Shown here in pieces: positions 31,614 through 40,534 of a DNA stretch of 64,000 nucleotides; the stretch's first letter is position 1, and every line of letters starts with the position of its first letter. The translations under genes and the position numbers were made by a program. The stretch lies in sequence record OM782452.1, one strand, 5' to 3'. The DNA comes from Pseudomonas phage vB_PaeP_TUMS_P10. The notes beneath the pieces are model-generated. The model did not search any database, was not told the origin of the DNA, and worked only from the letters and a program-made list of their open reading frames with translations.

Positions 31614-31928
31614 ATGCCAGCCGGACTACAGACATTCACTTCCAATGGGGCACTCTGGTTTGACATGACTGAGAGGCTCTGTCAGGTCTACACATCTTTC
31701 TCTACCGGAACTACTTCCGGTAGCTTCACTATCCCGGTCGGGTCAGGGACTCCATGGTTGGTCACAGTAGCTGACTCCAACCGTGTAGTGATTGACCAGT
31801 ACCGGACGGTAGCTATTTACCCGACACCAGACCTGAGTTATGACCCGGCTACTCGTACAGTCTCCTGGTTTTTCACAGGAGTTAACGTGGGTCGTCAGCC
31901 ACTTCGGGTTATTGTGGGGTACTTCTAA
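31614..31928 (+). CDS. small tail-associated protein, paralogous N-terminus with next gene
   Basis: Starts MPAGLQTFTSNG; the next gene starts MPAGFQVYSLNG. 104 aa. Confidence 0.45.
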   Translation: MPAGLQTFTSNGALWFDMTERLCQVYTSFSTGTTSGSFTIPVGSGTPWLVTVADSNRVVIDQYRTVAIYPTPDLSYDPATRTVSWFFTGVNVGRQPLRVIVGYF

Positions 31929-32641
31929 TGCCTGCTGGTTTTCAAGTCTATTCCTTGAACGGAAACGTACTCATGGCCACCTCTGATTACAGCAACATGG
32001 CCTATCAGAGGACAGTTCGTCTCCCTTCCAGGAATTACCCGTTCATTCACAACATCGATGTGGTCGGTGAGTACCCTGTTATTGTTCTTAAACAGACTTA
32101 TCACCCTAGTGGCTATGTCTTTCGTGTGGCTGAGGTGAACAGACAGAAGATCAATGCAACTACTTGGCGTATTGGCTTGTGTACAGAGATGTTCCCTGAT
32201 AACTCAGCCTGGGCGGACATTCTGATTTTCGGCTCTGCTGCTGATATGTCTGTAAGCCAGAATGCTGGAGTACAAGTTTTCAAGGCAGACGGTAAGTTGG
32301 CCTTCAGTGATCGACTTCCGTACTTGAGAGTTCACAGTACCCTCCAAGTACCTAACTACGGTAAAGGGAGTTACGAATTCACTGTACCAGCCAACTGTGG
32401 AATCATGGTTACCACCACCTCCCGGATGGGTAAGAGGGGTATTGCAGGTCACGGTGGTGAACCGGGGGAAGTATTTGCTCTAGCTGAGGGGTTGAGCTTA
32501 CTTACCGGGGGTCGTGGTTCTATAGCCATGCAATCCATTGGTGTAACCAGTGAGATGTCTACTTCCAACTGGGAAAACGTATACGGGGGAGGTCCACCAA
32601 TGCTTGTGTTTGTCGATCTCAGTAAATTGGTATACTCCTGA
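31928..32641 (+). CDS. tail-associated protein, hypothetical
   Basis: 237 aa sharing the MPAGxQ N-terminus with the upstream gene. Confidence 0.45.
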   Translation: MPAGFQVYSLNGNVLMATSDYSNMAYQRTVRLPSRNYPFIHNIDVVGEYPVIVLKQTYHPSGYVFRVAEVNRQKINATTWRIGLCTEMFPDNSAWADILIFGSAADMSVSQNAGVQVFKADGKLAFSDRLPYLRVHSTLQVPNYGKGSYEFTVPANCGIMVTTTSRMGKRGIAGHGGEPGEVFALAEGLSLLTGGRGSIAMQSIGVTSEMSTSNWENVYGGGPPMLVFVDLSKLVYS

Positions 32642-32664
32642 CTCCCTTCGAAGAGGATACAACC

Positions 32665-35600
32665 ATGACCACCAAGGTGATCTTCACCTTCCATAACCCG
32701 GATGGTAGTCCACAGGCCGGAAAAGAGTTTTCCGTCCGACTGACCCGTCCGGGTATGAACGATGCGGATGACTGCATCGTCCTACCTGAAAGCTATGACA
32801 TGACCACGGATGCTCAAGGTCAGTTCACGATGGATCTGGAGGCAGCTACTTCGGCATACCGGGTTTCCGTAGTGGATGACGACTCGTTCGAGGATGATCC
32901 GTGCATTCGCACGTCGTTCACTTTCTACGTGCCGGACTCCCCCACTCCCGTTCATGTACAGGAACTGATCCTGCTGCCTCCGCCCACGTCTCTGCCGTGG
33001 GACGAGGAAGCCATGAACAAGATCACCCAAGCTGTCGTAGATGCACGCGAGGCCCGTGACGAAGCCGAAGGTCATGCTGATCGTGCCGAAGAGCAGGTAG
33101 ATCTGGCCAAAGCCGAGGTCGTTAAAGCCCAAGCTGAAGTCGTCAAGGCCAAGGATGAGGTGACCAAGGCACAGGCTGAAGTAGCTAAAGCTGCCCAGCA
33201 GGTTGAGCTTGCAAAGGTTGAAGTAGGTAAGGCGGGAGCCTCTGCTGCTGCGGCCAAGGTCAGCGAAACCAATGCCGCGAATTCCGCTGCTGGTTCTGCT
33301 GCTTCGGCGACTGCTGCGACCAACCAAGCCAACCGTGCGAAGACGGAAGCTGATCGTGCCGAATCCCTGGCAAACCAAGTTGCCGAGAAGGTAGAAGGCG
33401 GCAACCTACCTGCACTGGTAGGAATGAACGAAACCTTCACCTACGAAGGCGGCGAGGATCATTACAACTGGACCCGAACCGGTCCGGTGAATGTGTCTCA
33501 GCACACTGGTTTCATTCGGATTTCCAAAACCGATGCCTCCGGTTCCCGTGCTTTCATTCGAAAGTCTGTCGAGTTCCCGGATGGGCACTGGATCACCTAC
33601 TTCCGGGTGAAGACCCAGACGGGTACTGCTGCACAGAACAACTCGGCCCAGATCCGGTTCCTCTCTGCCGATGGCAAGGACTACACGGTTTACTTCAACA
33701 TCAATGCCAATGGCTTGGTGGAACCGAACACCATCCATATGCAAGGTAGCGAGGGTGGGGCACGTAATGCCGCCACCATGTTCACTGGCTTGAATACCGA
33801 AGCCTGGATGGACATGGCAGTAAAGTTCGATGCCGTGAACCGCCACATTGAACTCTTCCGCCGTATGCCCAATGGCACCTGGCAGAAGGGTGGCGGTCGC
33901 TTGATGGTGGACACGATCAAGCCTGCGATCATCGAGATCTCTTCCATGCCTGTCGCACCCAATGGGTGGTGGATGGACGTGGACTTCATCACGGTTTGCC
34001 GACCGAACCTCATCTGCTACGGCGACAGCATTGCTGCCGGTCAGAACGAGTACGGGGTAACCCGAGGTACTGCGGATTACCACAACAACCGTAACTGGGC
34101 AGGAACCTGGTTTGGCCAGTCCAGCCTGTATGCCACCAACCGGAACAACCTGGTTCTGGTCCAGGGTGTAGAGGGCCGGCGTACCTGGCAGTATCTGGAT
34201 AGCCTGGGTGAGATCGAGAACTCCGGTGTGAAAGTGGTGTTCCTGCATGCAAGCACGAACGACCACAAAGACGCCACCATGACCATGGCCAAGCGTACTT
34301 CGGACACCCAAGCCATCGTGGACCGACTGCATGCTGTCGGTGCTCAGGTGGTTCTGTTCAATGCCATGCAAGGCACCAAGTTGTTCAACGATTCGTTGGC
34401 CGAAGGGGTGACCAAGCTCAAGGCGTACACCGATCAGTGGTGGTCCGAGGAACTGCATAAGGTCACTGGTTTGGGACAGGTTCTGGACATCGCCCGTGTG
34501 GTAGGCAAGGACGGTTACTTCGACCCTGCTATCGCTGCGGATGACGGTCTGCACCTGACTGCTGCATCTGCGAAGAAGATCGCCGACAAGCTGGGGCAGT
34601 TCTACTCGAACTCCACTTCCATCAATGGTTTGGCTCCTCTGGAAAGCCCTGCGTTTACCGGTATTCCTACCGTTCCAACGCAGACTCCTTTCCTGCCTTA
34701 CGGCAAGCAGATCGCCAACACCGAGTACGTCATTACCTTCATTCAGGACTGGACCAGTAACTACGGTTACGGTGACCTGACGATGCGTAACAAGACCGGT
34801 GCTCAGATGGCAGCTGGTGGTGTTCGTAGTGGTTACTACTACGTTCCTGGGGATTCTTCTAACCCCCTACCGGGAAACATCTATGCATTCGTGCATCACA
34901 TGTCCTACGACAACAACAAGGGTTGGGAACTCTGGAACCAATGCTATTCCGACCGCATGTACATGCGTTATTCGAACAACCAGGGTGTCTGGCAAACTCC
35001 GGTGGAGGTGGTCACTGAGAAGTGGATGGATCGCAATAGCTTCATGACCCCACGGGTTACTGCGTTCAACCGTTTGCCCGTGGCTTCTGCTGCCGGTTAT
35101 GAAGGGGTTGTCCCCCTGCAAGCTGGGTCCAGTGGTGCATGGCGTAACTTGAACGCCGGTTCTGCCGGGATCGGGTTGCTGGGTGCTGCTACGGTCGAGA
35201 ATGCGTTGAACTACATCGGTGGTACTCCGAAGACGATGACCAGTCTGCGGTCCTACAGCGATGCCAACGCCATCCCGAATGAGTGTGGCTTCTACGGTGT
35301 TGGGATTGCACCCTGGGCGAACTTGCCTCCAGGTGTAACCTCCATCAACCCGGTGGGTTCTACCATCTACCATCAGGTTTACGATGCCAGCACTGCTACG
35401 CAGATCTTCATTCCTCGTACTTCGGATATCTGCTATTTCCGCCGTAAGGCTGCGAACGTCTGGAGTCCTTGGGTACGCTATCTGACCGATAAGCAGTTGG
35501 TAGGCACCACTACCAACAGCAGCACCGGGGAACCGAACGGTGCCATCATGGAAAGCGGTACAACTGCCAATGGCTGGTACATCCGATTCGCTGATGGGAC

Positions 35601-35856
35601 TCAAATGGCAGGTGCAAGAACTGAACCTGGTCTGCCCGCTGGCGCCAATGTGATACAGTTGCCTGCCTCTTTCGTGTCTGGCTTCAATACCGCAGTAACC
35701 TGCAACTGGATCCCCTCTTCCAACTGGCCTACCAACGCTGGCCAAGGGGTTCGGGGGGCTTACCTGAATAGTGGTAGCACTGTTTCTTTTGCTACTGCTC
35801 AGGCAGCTGGGGCTAACGACACTATCATGATCATGGCCGTAGGGAGATGGTACTGA
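32665..35856 (+). CDS. tailspike/tail fiber with SGNH (GDSL) esterase domain
   Basis: 1063 aa. Long A/K/E coiled-coil at residues ~130-230. GDSL block I CYGDSIAAG (~nt 34020). Block V DDGLHLT (~nt 34540). GAGGA RBS. Confidence 0.6.
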   Translation: MTTKVIFTFHNPDGSPQAGKEFSVRLTRPGMNDADDCIVLPESYDMTTDAQGQFTMDLEAATSAYRVSVVDDDSFEDDPCIRTSFTFYVPDSPTPVHVQELILLPPPTSLPWDEEAMNKITQAVVDAREARDEAEGHADRAEEQVDLAKAEVVKAQAEVVKAKDEVTKAQAEVAKAAQQVELAKVEVGKAGASAAAAKVSETNAANSAAGSAASATAATNQANRAKTEADRAESLANQVAEKVEGGNLPALVGMNETFTYEGGEDHYNWTRTGPVNVSQHTGFIRISKTDASGSRAFIRKSVEFPDGHWITYFRVKTQTGTAAQNNSAQIRFLSADGKDYTVYFNINANGLVEPNTIHMQGSEGGARNAATMFTGLNTEAWMDMAVKFDAVNRHIELFRRMPNGTWQKGGGRLMVDTIKPAIIEISSMPVAPNGWWMDVDFITVCRPNLICYGDSIAAGQNEYGVTRGTADYHNNRNWAGTWFGQSSLYATNRNNLVLVQGVEGRRTWQYLDSLGEIENSGVKVVFLHASTNDHKDATMTMAKRTSDTQAIVDRLHAVGAQVVLFNAMQGTKLFNDSLAEGVTKLKAYTDQWWSEELHKVTGLGQVLDIARVVGKDGYFDPAIAADDGLHLTAASAKKIADKLGQFYSNSTSINGLAPLESPAFTGIPTVPTQTPFLPYGKQIANTEYVITFIQDWTSNYGYGDLTMRNKTGAQMAAGGVRSGYYYVPGDSSNPLPGNIYAFVHHMSYDNNKGWELWNQCYSDRMYMRYSNNQGVWQTPVEVVTEKWMDRNSFMTPRVTAFNRLPVASAAGYEGVVPLQAGSSGAWRNLNAGSAGIGLLGAATVENALNYIGGTPKTMTSLRSYSDANAIPNECGFYGVGIAPWANLPPGVTSINPVGSTIYHQVYDASTATQIFIPRTSDICYFRRKAANVWSPWVRYLTDKQLVGTTTNSSTGEPNGAIMESGTTANGWYIRFADGTQMAGARTEPGLPAGANVIQLPASFVSGFNTAVTCNWIPSSNWPTNAGQGVRGAYLNSGSTVSFATAQAAGANDTIMIMAVGRWY

Positions 35857-36158
35857 TGCACATCAAGCTGAGTCCGCTCGTAGTCCTTCCTGGGGACTCG
35901 ACCGAAATGACTGTCCAGGTATCCGGGGATTCCGTGACAGTATCGGGAGTCGAATATGACTTCTCACAGTTGCCGGAAGGTGGTTACCTTCCAGCAACGG
36001 CTGTTAAGGGTGGCCCCTTCTCTGGTGGTATTACCAGAGAAGGGGGGGATATCCATCTCACACTGGTATTCCCTATCCGAGGGGACTTCAGTGAAGAGGC
36101 CAAATTCCCCAAGCCGGTCTATATCGAAAAAGATGGAATCGTGGAGTTGCCCCAATGA
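35856..36158 (+). CDS. hypothetical protein
   Basis: TGATG overlap with the tailspike stop; about 100 aa. Confidence 0.4.
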   Translation: MHIKLSPLVVLPGDSTEMTVQVSGDSVTVSGVEYDFSQLPEGGYLPATAVKGGPFSGGITREGGDIHLTLVFPIRGDFSEEAKFPKPVYIEKDGIVELPQ

Positions 36159-36391
36159 TCGACTGGAGCAAGATGAAGACAGCAGAGGAGCTTATCGAAG
36201 AGCGGTTTAAGCAGGAGTACGATGCTGTACTGGCTAATCGTGCTGAGGCTTACCGCATGGAGAGCGATCCGCTCAAGACCGAGGCCGAGTTCGATGCCAT
36301 CAAAGGTGGCACCGAACCGGACTATTCTCTTTGGCTTGCCAAAGTGGAAGAAATCAAAGAACGCTACCCACTACCGGAGGAACCGAAATGA
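36155..36391 (+). CDS. hypothetical protein
   Basis: 78 aa, ATGA overlap with the upstream gene. Confidence 0.4.
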   Translation: MIDWSKMKTAEELIEERFKQEYDAVLANRAEAYRMESDPLKTEAEFDAIKGGTEPDYSLWLAKVEEIKERYPLPEEPK

Positions 36392-36912
36392 CTTTCCAAC
36401 TCGTGCATGAAAAGGTGATCCCCGCCACGATGGCCATGCTGCCCAGTAACATGGACAGCCCTGCTGCCCGTGTGGCTCTACTGGCCATCGGAGGGCAGGA
36501 ATCTCGCTTCGCTTCTCGGCGTCAGCTGATCATGTCGATCAACTCCGAGGGTCGCAAGGTTCTGCTGCCACTCGGGCCTGCGAAGGGGTTCTGGCAGTTC
36601 GAGAAGGGTGGGGCAGTCAAAGGACTGCTCAACTACCACAACGCTGTTACCCGTGAGCGAGTGCATCGCTTCGTGGAAGCCTGTGGTGTGAAGCCCGTCG
36701 AAGAGGCCGTATGGAGTGCCCTGGAACATGATGATGTTCTGGCTTGCGGCCTTGCCCGTCTGCTCCTGTGGACCGACCCCAGGGCATTACCTGCTGTAGG
36801 CGAGAAGGCCAAGCTGTGGGACGTGTACATCTCACAGTGGCGTCCGGGCAAACCTCATCCCGAAAGCTGGGATGACTGCTACAAGAAAGCAGTCAAGGCG
36901 GTGACCGCATGA
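36388..36912 (+). CDS. putative endolysin (lytic transglycosylase/SLT-like, GQESRF motif)
   Basis: GGAGG sits 6 nt before the ATG at 36388. LLAIGGQESRFASRRQ resembles the SLT catalytic E-S motif. Sits immediately upstream of Rz/Rz1. Confidence 0.45.
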   Translation: MTFQLVHEKVIPATMAMLPSNMDSPAARVALLAIGGQESRFASRRQLIMSINSEGRKVLLPLGPAKGFWQFEKGGAVKGLLNYHNAVTRERVHRFVEACGVKPVEEAVWSALEHDDVLACGLARLLLWTDPRALPAVGEKAKLWDVYISQWRPGKPHPESWDDCYKKAVKAVTA

Positions 36913-37409
36913 CGATCACCCCCCGGATGCTCCGATGGTTTGGCGAAGCACTGCTGATCCTCGTCCTCTGCTGGTGGGCCTACTCCCAAGGAGTAGGCAA
37001 AACCAATGAGGCTTGGGAAAGCCGAATGGAGGCCGCCCAAAAGGCGGCTGACGAAAACACAAAATCAATTGAGCAAAGCATGCTCAACGCAATCGAAGAG
37101 GTGAAGAAAGATGCAGATGAGCAACTGGCTGCTCAAGCTACCCGCATTGCTGCTGCTGATGCTCAGTCTCGCAGCCTGCGGGTCCAGGTCTCCGGTCTAC
37201 GTGACCAACTCATTGCCGAAGGTGCCTCCGCTGGACGTGAGCGCCATGCAAGCAACTCCGCCGCTGTGGTGCTCGCCGAACTGTACGGAAGCTGTGTTGC
37301 AGATCGACAAGAACTCGCAGCGGCGTTTGACCGAAGCCATGCAGCAGGATTGACCTGCCAGAAGAGCTATGCGATAGTTCGTTCCGTGGGGTCCGCTCCT
37401 TCCCCATAG
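36909..37409 (+). CDS. Rz-like i-spanin
   Basis: N-terminal TM helix, then coiled-coil, 166 aa, with an o-spanin ORF embedded in the +1 frame. Confidence 0.65.
   Translation: MTITPRMLRWFGEALLILVLCWWAYSQGVGKTNEAWESRMEAAQKAADENTKSIEQSMLNAIEEVKKDADEQLAAQATRIAAADAQSRSLRVQVSGLRDQLIAEGASAGRERHASNSAAVVLAELYGSCVADRQELAAAFDRSHAAGLTCQKSYAIVRSVGSAPSP
37111..37353 (+). CDS. Rz1-like o-spanin lipoprotein embedded within Rz
   Basis: Signal peptide plus lipobox LAAC. Pro-rich mature part. GAGGTG RBS. Confidence 0.65.
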   Translation: MQMSNWLLKLPALLLLMLSLAACGSRSPVYVTNSLPKVPPLDVSAMQATPPLWCSPNCTEAVLQIDKNSQRRLTEAMQQD

Positions 37410-37426
37410 GTTTCATCCAACCGTAA

Positions 37427-37465
37427 CCCCCTACAGGCTTGTCGCTACCTGTAGGGGGTTTTTTT
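37427..37465 (+). terminator. intrinsic terminator after lysis cassette
   Basis: 11-bp stem CCCCCTACAGG/CCTGTAGGGGG followed by T7. Confidence 0.8.
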
Positions 37466-38045
37466 ATACCTGGTCGAAGGGATCCCACTCGGTTCCGATG
37501 GGACCACCCTGCACCTGCTGGAGGTTGGCAGGGATCACCGACTGGTTCTTGAAGGGTTCCCAGGCATCTTCCTCGTTACGGGTCAGTTGACCGGTCAGTT
37601 GGAGCTTGGTGATGTCTTCGTCGGTTAGCGAGTCAGTCCAAGCCATACCAGAGATAGCAGTCTTGTAGGCATGCTCCGAGTGATGCATATGCAAACGCTT
37701 CCGTCGACGAAAACTGTTGAGCGCTGCTTCGATGGTGGGCCAAGCCTTTCGACCGCCGTTCTCGCTCACCCAGAACGCCTCGCAATGCTGCTTCAAGTAG
37801 GCCAGAGTGGCTTTCTTGTCGAAGTCACATTGCAACTCACAACCACCAACGCGAGCAGCGTCCCTCTGCTTCACAAACCAGCAACCAGTAGGGGTTCGCA
37901 GGAAACCTACGAACTTCTGTAGCTGGAGATGGTGGTTGTACTTGTTGGTGCCGATCTGGACGATGTGATTGACCACCTTGTAGTAGATGGGCATGGACGA
38001 GATGTTCGTGATGATCTCAAACGATTTCTTCTTGCTGCGAGACAT
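37464..38045 (-). CDS. hypothetical protein
   Basis: 193 aa, GGAGG RBS. Confidence 0.5.
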   Translation of the reverse strand: MSRSKKKSFEIITNISSMPIYYKVVNHIVQIGTNKYNHHLQLQKFVGFLRTPTGCWFVKQRDAARVGGCELQCDFDKKATLAYLKQHCEAFWVSENGGRKAWPTIEAALNSFRRRKRLHMHHSEHAYKTAISGMAWTDSLTDEDITKLQLTGQLTRNEEDAWEPFKNQSVIPANLQQVQGGPIGTEWDPFDQV

Positions 38046-38262
38046 AGTAGTCCTCCATGGCTTGGAAGTTGTTGCAGAAACCCTCCACGATCTCAGCGGA
38101 CAGGTCCGCAGGGAAGTAGTGAATGAGGGCTTCTGCTTTGAGAATAGAATCGCCTTGGCACAGGGCGGATACCTCGATCCCTTCCTGTTTCATGGCTTCA
38201 AAGAAAACACCTAACCGTTCTACGGCATCGGTGTTGAATACAACGGTGTACGACTGTTTCAT
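38017..38262 (-). CDS. hypothetical protein
   Basis: 81 aa, GGAG RBS. Confidence 0.45.
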   Translation of the reverse strand: MKQSYTVVFNTDAVERLGVFFEAMKQEGIEVSALCQGDSILKAEALIHYFPADLSAEIVEGFCNNFQAMEDYYVSQQEEIV

Positions 38263-38275
38263 GATGGAACTCCAG

Positions 38276-38303
38276 ACAATAAAAAACCCCTCCGAAGAGG
38301 GGT
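38276..38303 (-). terminator. intrinsic terminator (minus strand)
   Basis: ACCCCTC-UUCG-GAGGGGU followed by U6 on the minus strand. Confidence 0.75.
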
Positions 38304-38313
38304 TCTGTCTTTC

Positions 38314-38652
38314 CTAGATGGAGTCAGGGATTTGGAATTTATCCTTCACCTTGAACTCGATCCACTGGAACAATCTTCCGCCCAAGTGGGCTGAGAATGC
38401 TACGCAGATCGGCATGGTTGCCCATCGTGGAAGTTCTTCTTGATAGATCGGATATAGGTCATAGACCAGGTAGCCGATAAGCATGGCCGCCCCCATCTCC
38501 GAAACCACCCAGAAGAAGTTTAGTGGATGGCCCTTAGCCAACCGAGAAGCCAGCGAGATCAAGCCACTGATGAGGCTGATCAACACTGCACCGAGTAAAC
38601 CCCACAAATCAGGGTTGCTTTTCCAAGGCATTGGACTCTCCAGCAAGTTCAC
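38314..38652 (-). CDS. membrane protein (holin candidate)
   Basis: 112 aa with about 3 TM helices. Confidence 0.4.
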   Translation of the reverse strand: MNLLESPMPWKSNPDLWGLLGAVLISLISGLISLASRLAKGHPLNFFWVVSEMGAAMLIGYLVYDLYPIYQEELPRWATMPICVAFSAHLGGRLFQWIEFKVKDKFQIPDSI

Positions 38653-38724
38653 TGCTCAGTAGCAGCCATTTGCCATAATAAAGCAATCCTGAGTTGATTA
38701 CACGGGTACTAAACGGTTAGTTGA

Positions 38725-38949
38725 CTAACGGGAACGCGTCTTAGTGTAGATCACCATTGTGAGTGCCACGATGAACAACAGCGGCCAGATGATGATGCAT
38801 ACACCGAAGTTCGCGAACACCATCATCAGGCGTTGGGCTGGGGGTTTCCCGATGAACTGAGCCATCGTCGGCGGACTTTCGAACATGTCTGCTATCTCAT
38901 AGAGGAACCAGCAGACGCCCAATACCAAATAGATTTCCCAGTAGCTCAT
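38725..38949 (-). CDS. small membrane protein (holin candidate)
   Basis: 74 aa with 2 TM helices and an AGAGG RBS. Confidence 0.4.
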   Translation of the reverse strand: MSYWEIYLVLGVCWFLYEIADMFESPPTMAQFIGKPPAQRLMMVFANFGVCIIIWPLLFIVALTMVIYTKTRSR

Positions 38950-38958
38950 AGATACCTC

Positions 38959-38985
38959 TGTGAGAAAGGGGGAGTTACCTCCCCC
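38959..38985 (-). terminator. terminator-like hairpin after rIIB-like gene
   Basis: GGGGGAG-GUAA-CUCCCCC then UUUCUCACA on the minus strand. Confidence 0.5.
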
Positions 38986-38992
38986 GATGTGG

Positions 38993-40534
38993 TTAGGATT
39001 CCAGGGTACGCTTCAGTCGCTTTTCAGCGTCTTCCGGCATTCCCAGAACAACCCAGCCCTTCTTCTTGGCCTTCTTGAAGTCCAGGCAGGCTTGTGCAGC
39101 AGCCTTGTCCTTCGGGTTCTTCATGAAGGTGGCGAAGAGGGCGGCGCCTTGCTCGGCCAGGGTCTGCTTACCTTTCGGAGCAGCTTCCTTGACCGCCGGA
39201 GCCTCGGCCTTCTTGGTTTCAGCCTTGGCCTTGGAGGCAACCTCGTGAGCTACCGCCTTGGCATCGACGGCATCTGCCTTGAGGCTGGTTTCGATCTCGG
39301 TGTCGATGGCCTTGGCTTCGCCCGCGCCTTCCAGGTTGTTGGCCTTCAGCTGCTTCTTGTCGAAGCCCTGATTGCCCATCTTGGTGACGCGGATGTTGGT
39401 GCCCTTGTGGCCACCGATCTCGACACGCTCCAGTACGCCAACATGATCGCCGGCGATTGCCTTGGCCAGGATCTTGGCGCAGGTCGGATCGTCGGTCATC
39501 GGTTGGTTACGCTGGAGCTTCTTGCGAGCTTCGTCCGGCAACTCGAACAGGATGTGGTAGCCACATACCCGCATCTTGTTGGCGTCGTACTCCGGCACGG
39601 CGATCACGTCTTCCGGGGCTACCTTACCGAGGACGCAAACGTCCCCGCTGAAGGTGCCCAGGTACTGACGACGGGCGACGTGCAGGCCATTGGAGCACTC
39701 GTTGCGGCGGTTGGGATCCACCAGGGACTTGTCCATGAAGACATGGCTACCGACACGTTGCGGAACCTTGCCGGTGTGGCAATCCACGAAGTGACCGGCA
39801 CTGGTGCGACGCAGCAGCTTGTAGATGATGATGGAGCCATCATCCGCAATCGGCAGGTCACCACGCTGCATGAACTTCATCAGGTCGTCCTTGGAGTGCT
39901 GACGCTCATGGCTTACGCTGGCGACGCGCTCCAGGAACTTCTGGAGTCCCTTGGCACTGGACTTGCCCTTGGATACCGCAACCACCTGGGTGGCCAGCTT
40001 CTGGGCGTCAGCCACCACCTTGCCATCGACGACGGCGACCACGGTGTCGGCACTGGTTTCGCTCAGGGTCAGGTCGGAAGAGACCGCAGGACGTGCGTTC
40101 GACAGGATTTCATCGACAGCGGAAGCGAGCTTCTCGTCCTTGATTTCAACCTTCTCGACGGCCAGGGGAGCAGACGCAGCGTCCACCTTAACCGCGCCAG
40201 CGGTGAAGGGTTGGACCGGAGTCTGCGGTTCCTGGCTGTCATCGCCGATACCCAGCGCAGCCTTCACCTTCTCCTTCGCCACACGGAAGAAGCGAACCAG
40301 TCCGTTGGACTTCTTCTCGACTTCTTCGAAGTGGTTGATGACGTTGGCCACCTTGTCGAGGTCGATCATCACCTCGGCACCGGGAGCACCCAGGCGAGGA
40401 ACGAGGAAGTCCACGGCAGGTTTCAGCCGTGCATCTCCTTGCGGGATGCGGACGGTTTCGGTCGTGCCCTTGAGGTACAGGGTCAGGTTCTTTTCGTCGA
40501 GGATTGCACCTACGACGCAGATTTCTTTTGACAT
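38993..40534 (-). CDS. rIIB-like protein
   Basis: 513 aa immediately downstream of the rIIA-like gene, AAGGAG RBS. Called from adjacency and size only. Confidence 0.4.
   Translation of the reverse strand: MSKEICVVGAILDEKNLTLYLKGTTETVRIPQGDARLKPAVDFLVPRLGAPGAEVMIDLDKVANVINHFEEVEKKSNGLVRFFRVAKEKVKAALGIGDDSQEPQTPVQPFTAGAVKVDAASAPLAVEKVEIKDEKLASAVDEILSNARPAVSSDLTLSETSADTVVAVVDGKVVADAQKLATQVVAVSKGKSSAKGLQKFLERVASVSHERQHSKDDLMKFMQRGDLPIADDGSIIIYKLLRRTSAGHFVDCHTGKVPQRVGSHVFMDKSLVDPNRRNECSNGLHVARRQYLGTFSGDVCVLGKVAPEDVIAVPEYDANKMRVCGYHILFELPDEARKKLQRNQPMTDDPTCAKILAKAIAGDHVGVLERVEIGGHKGTNIRVTKMGNQGFDKKQLKANNLEGAGEAKAIDTEIETSLKADAVDAKAVAHEVASKAKAETKKAEAPAVKEAAPKGKQTLAEQGAALFATFMKNPKDKAAAQACLDFKKAKKKGWVVLGMPEDAEKRLKRTLES

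Noticed and set aside
33406-34554. 382-aa minus-strand ORF inside the tailspike gene
   Set aside because: It is antisense to the gene carrying the GDSL motifs and has no RBS.
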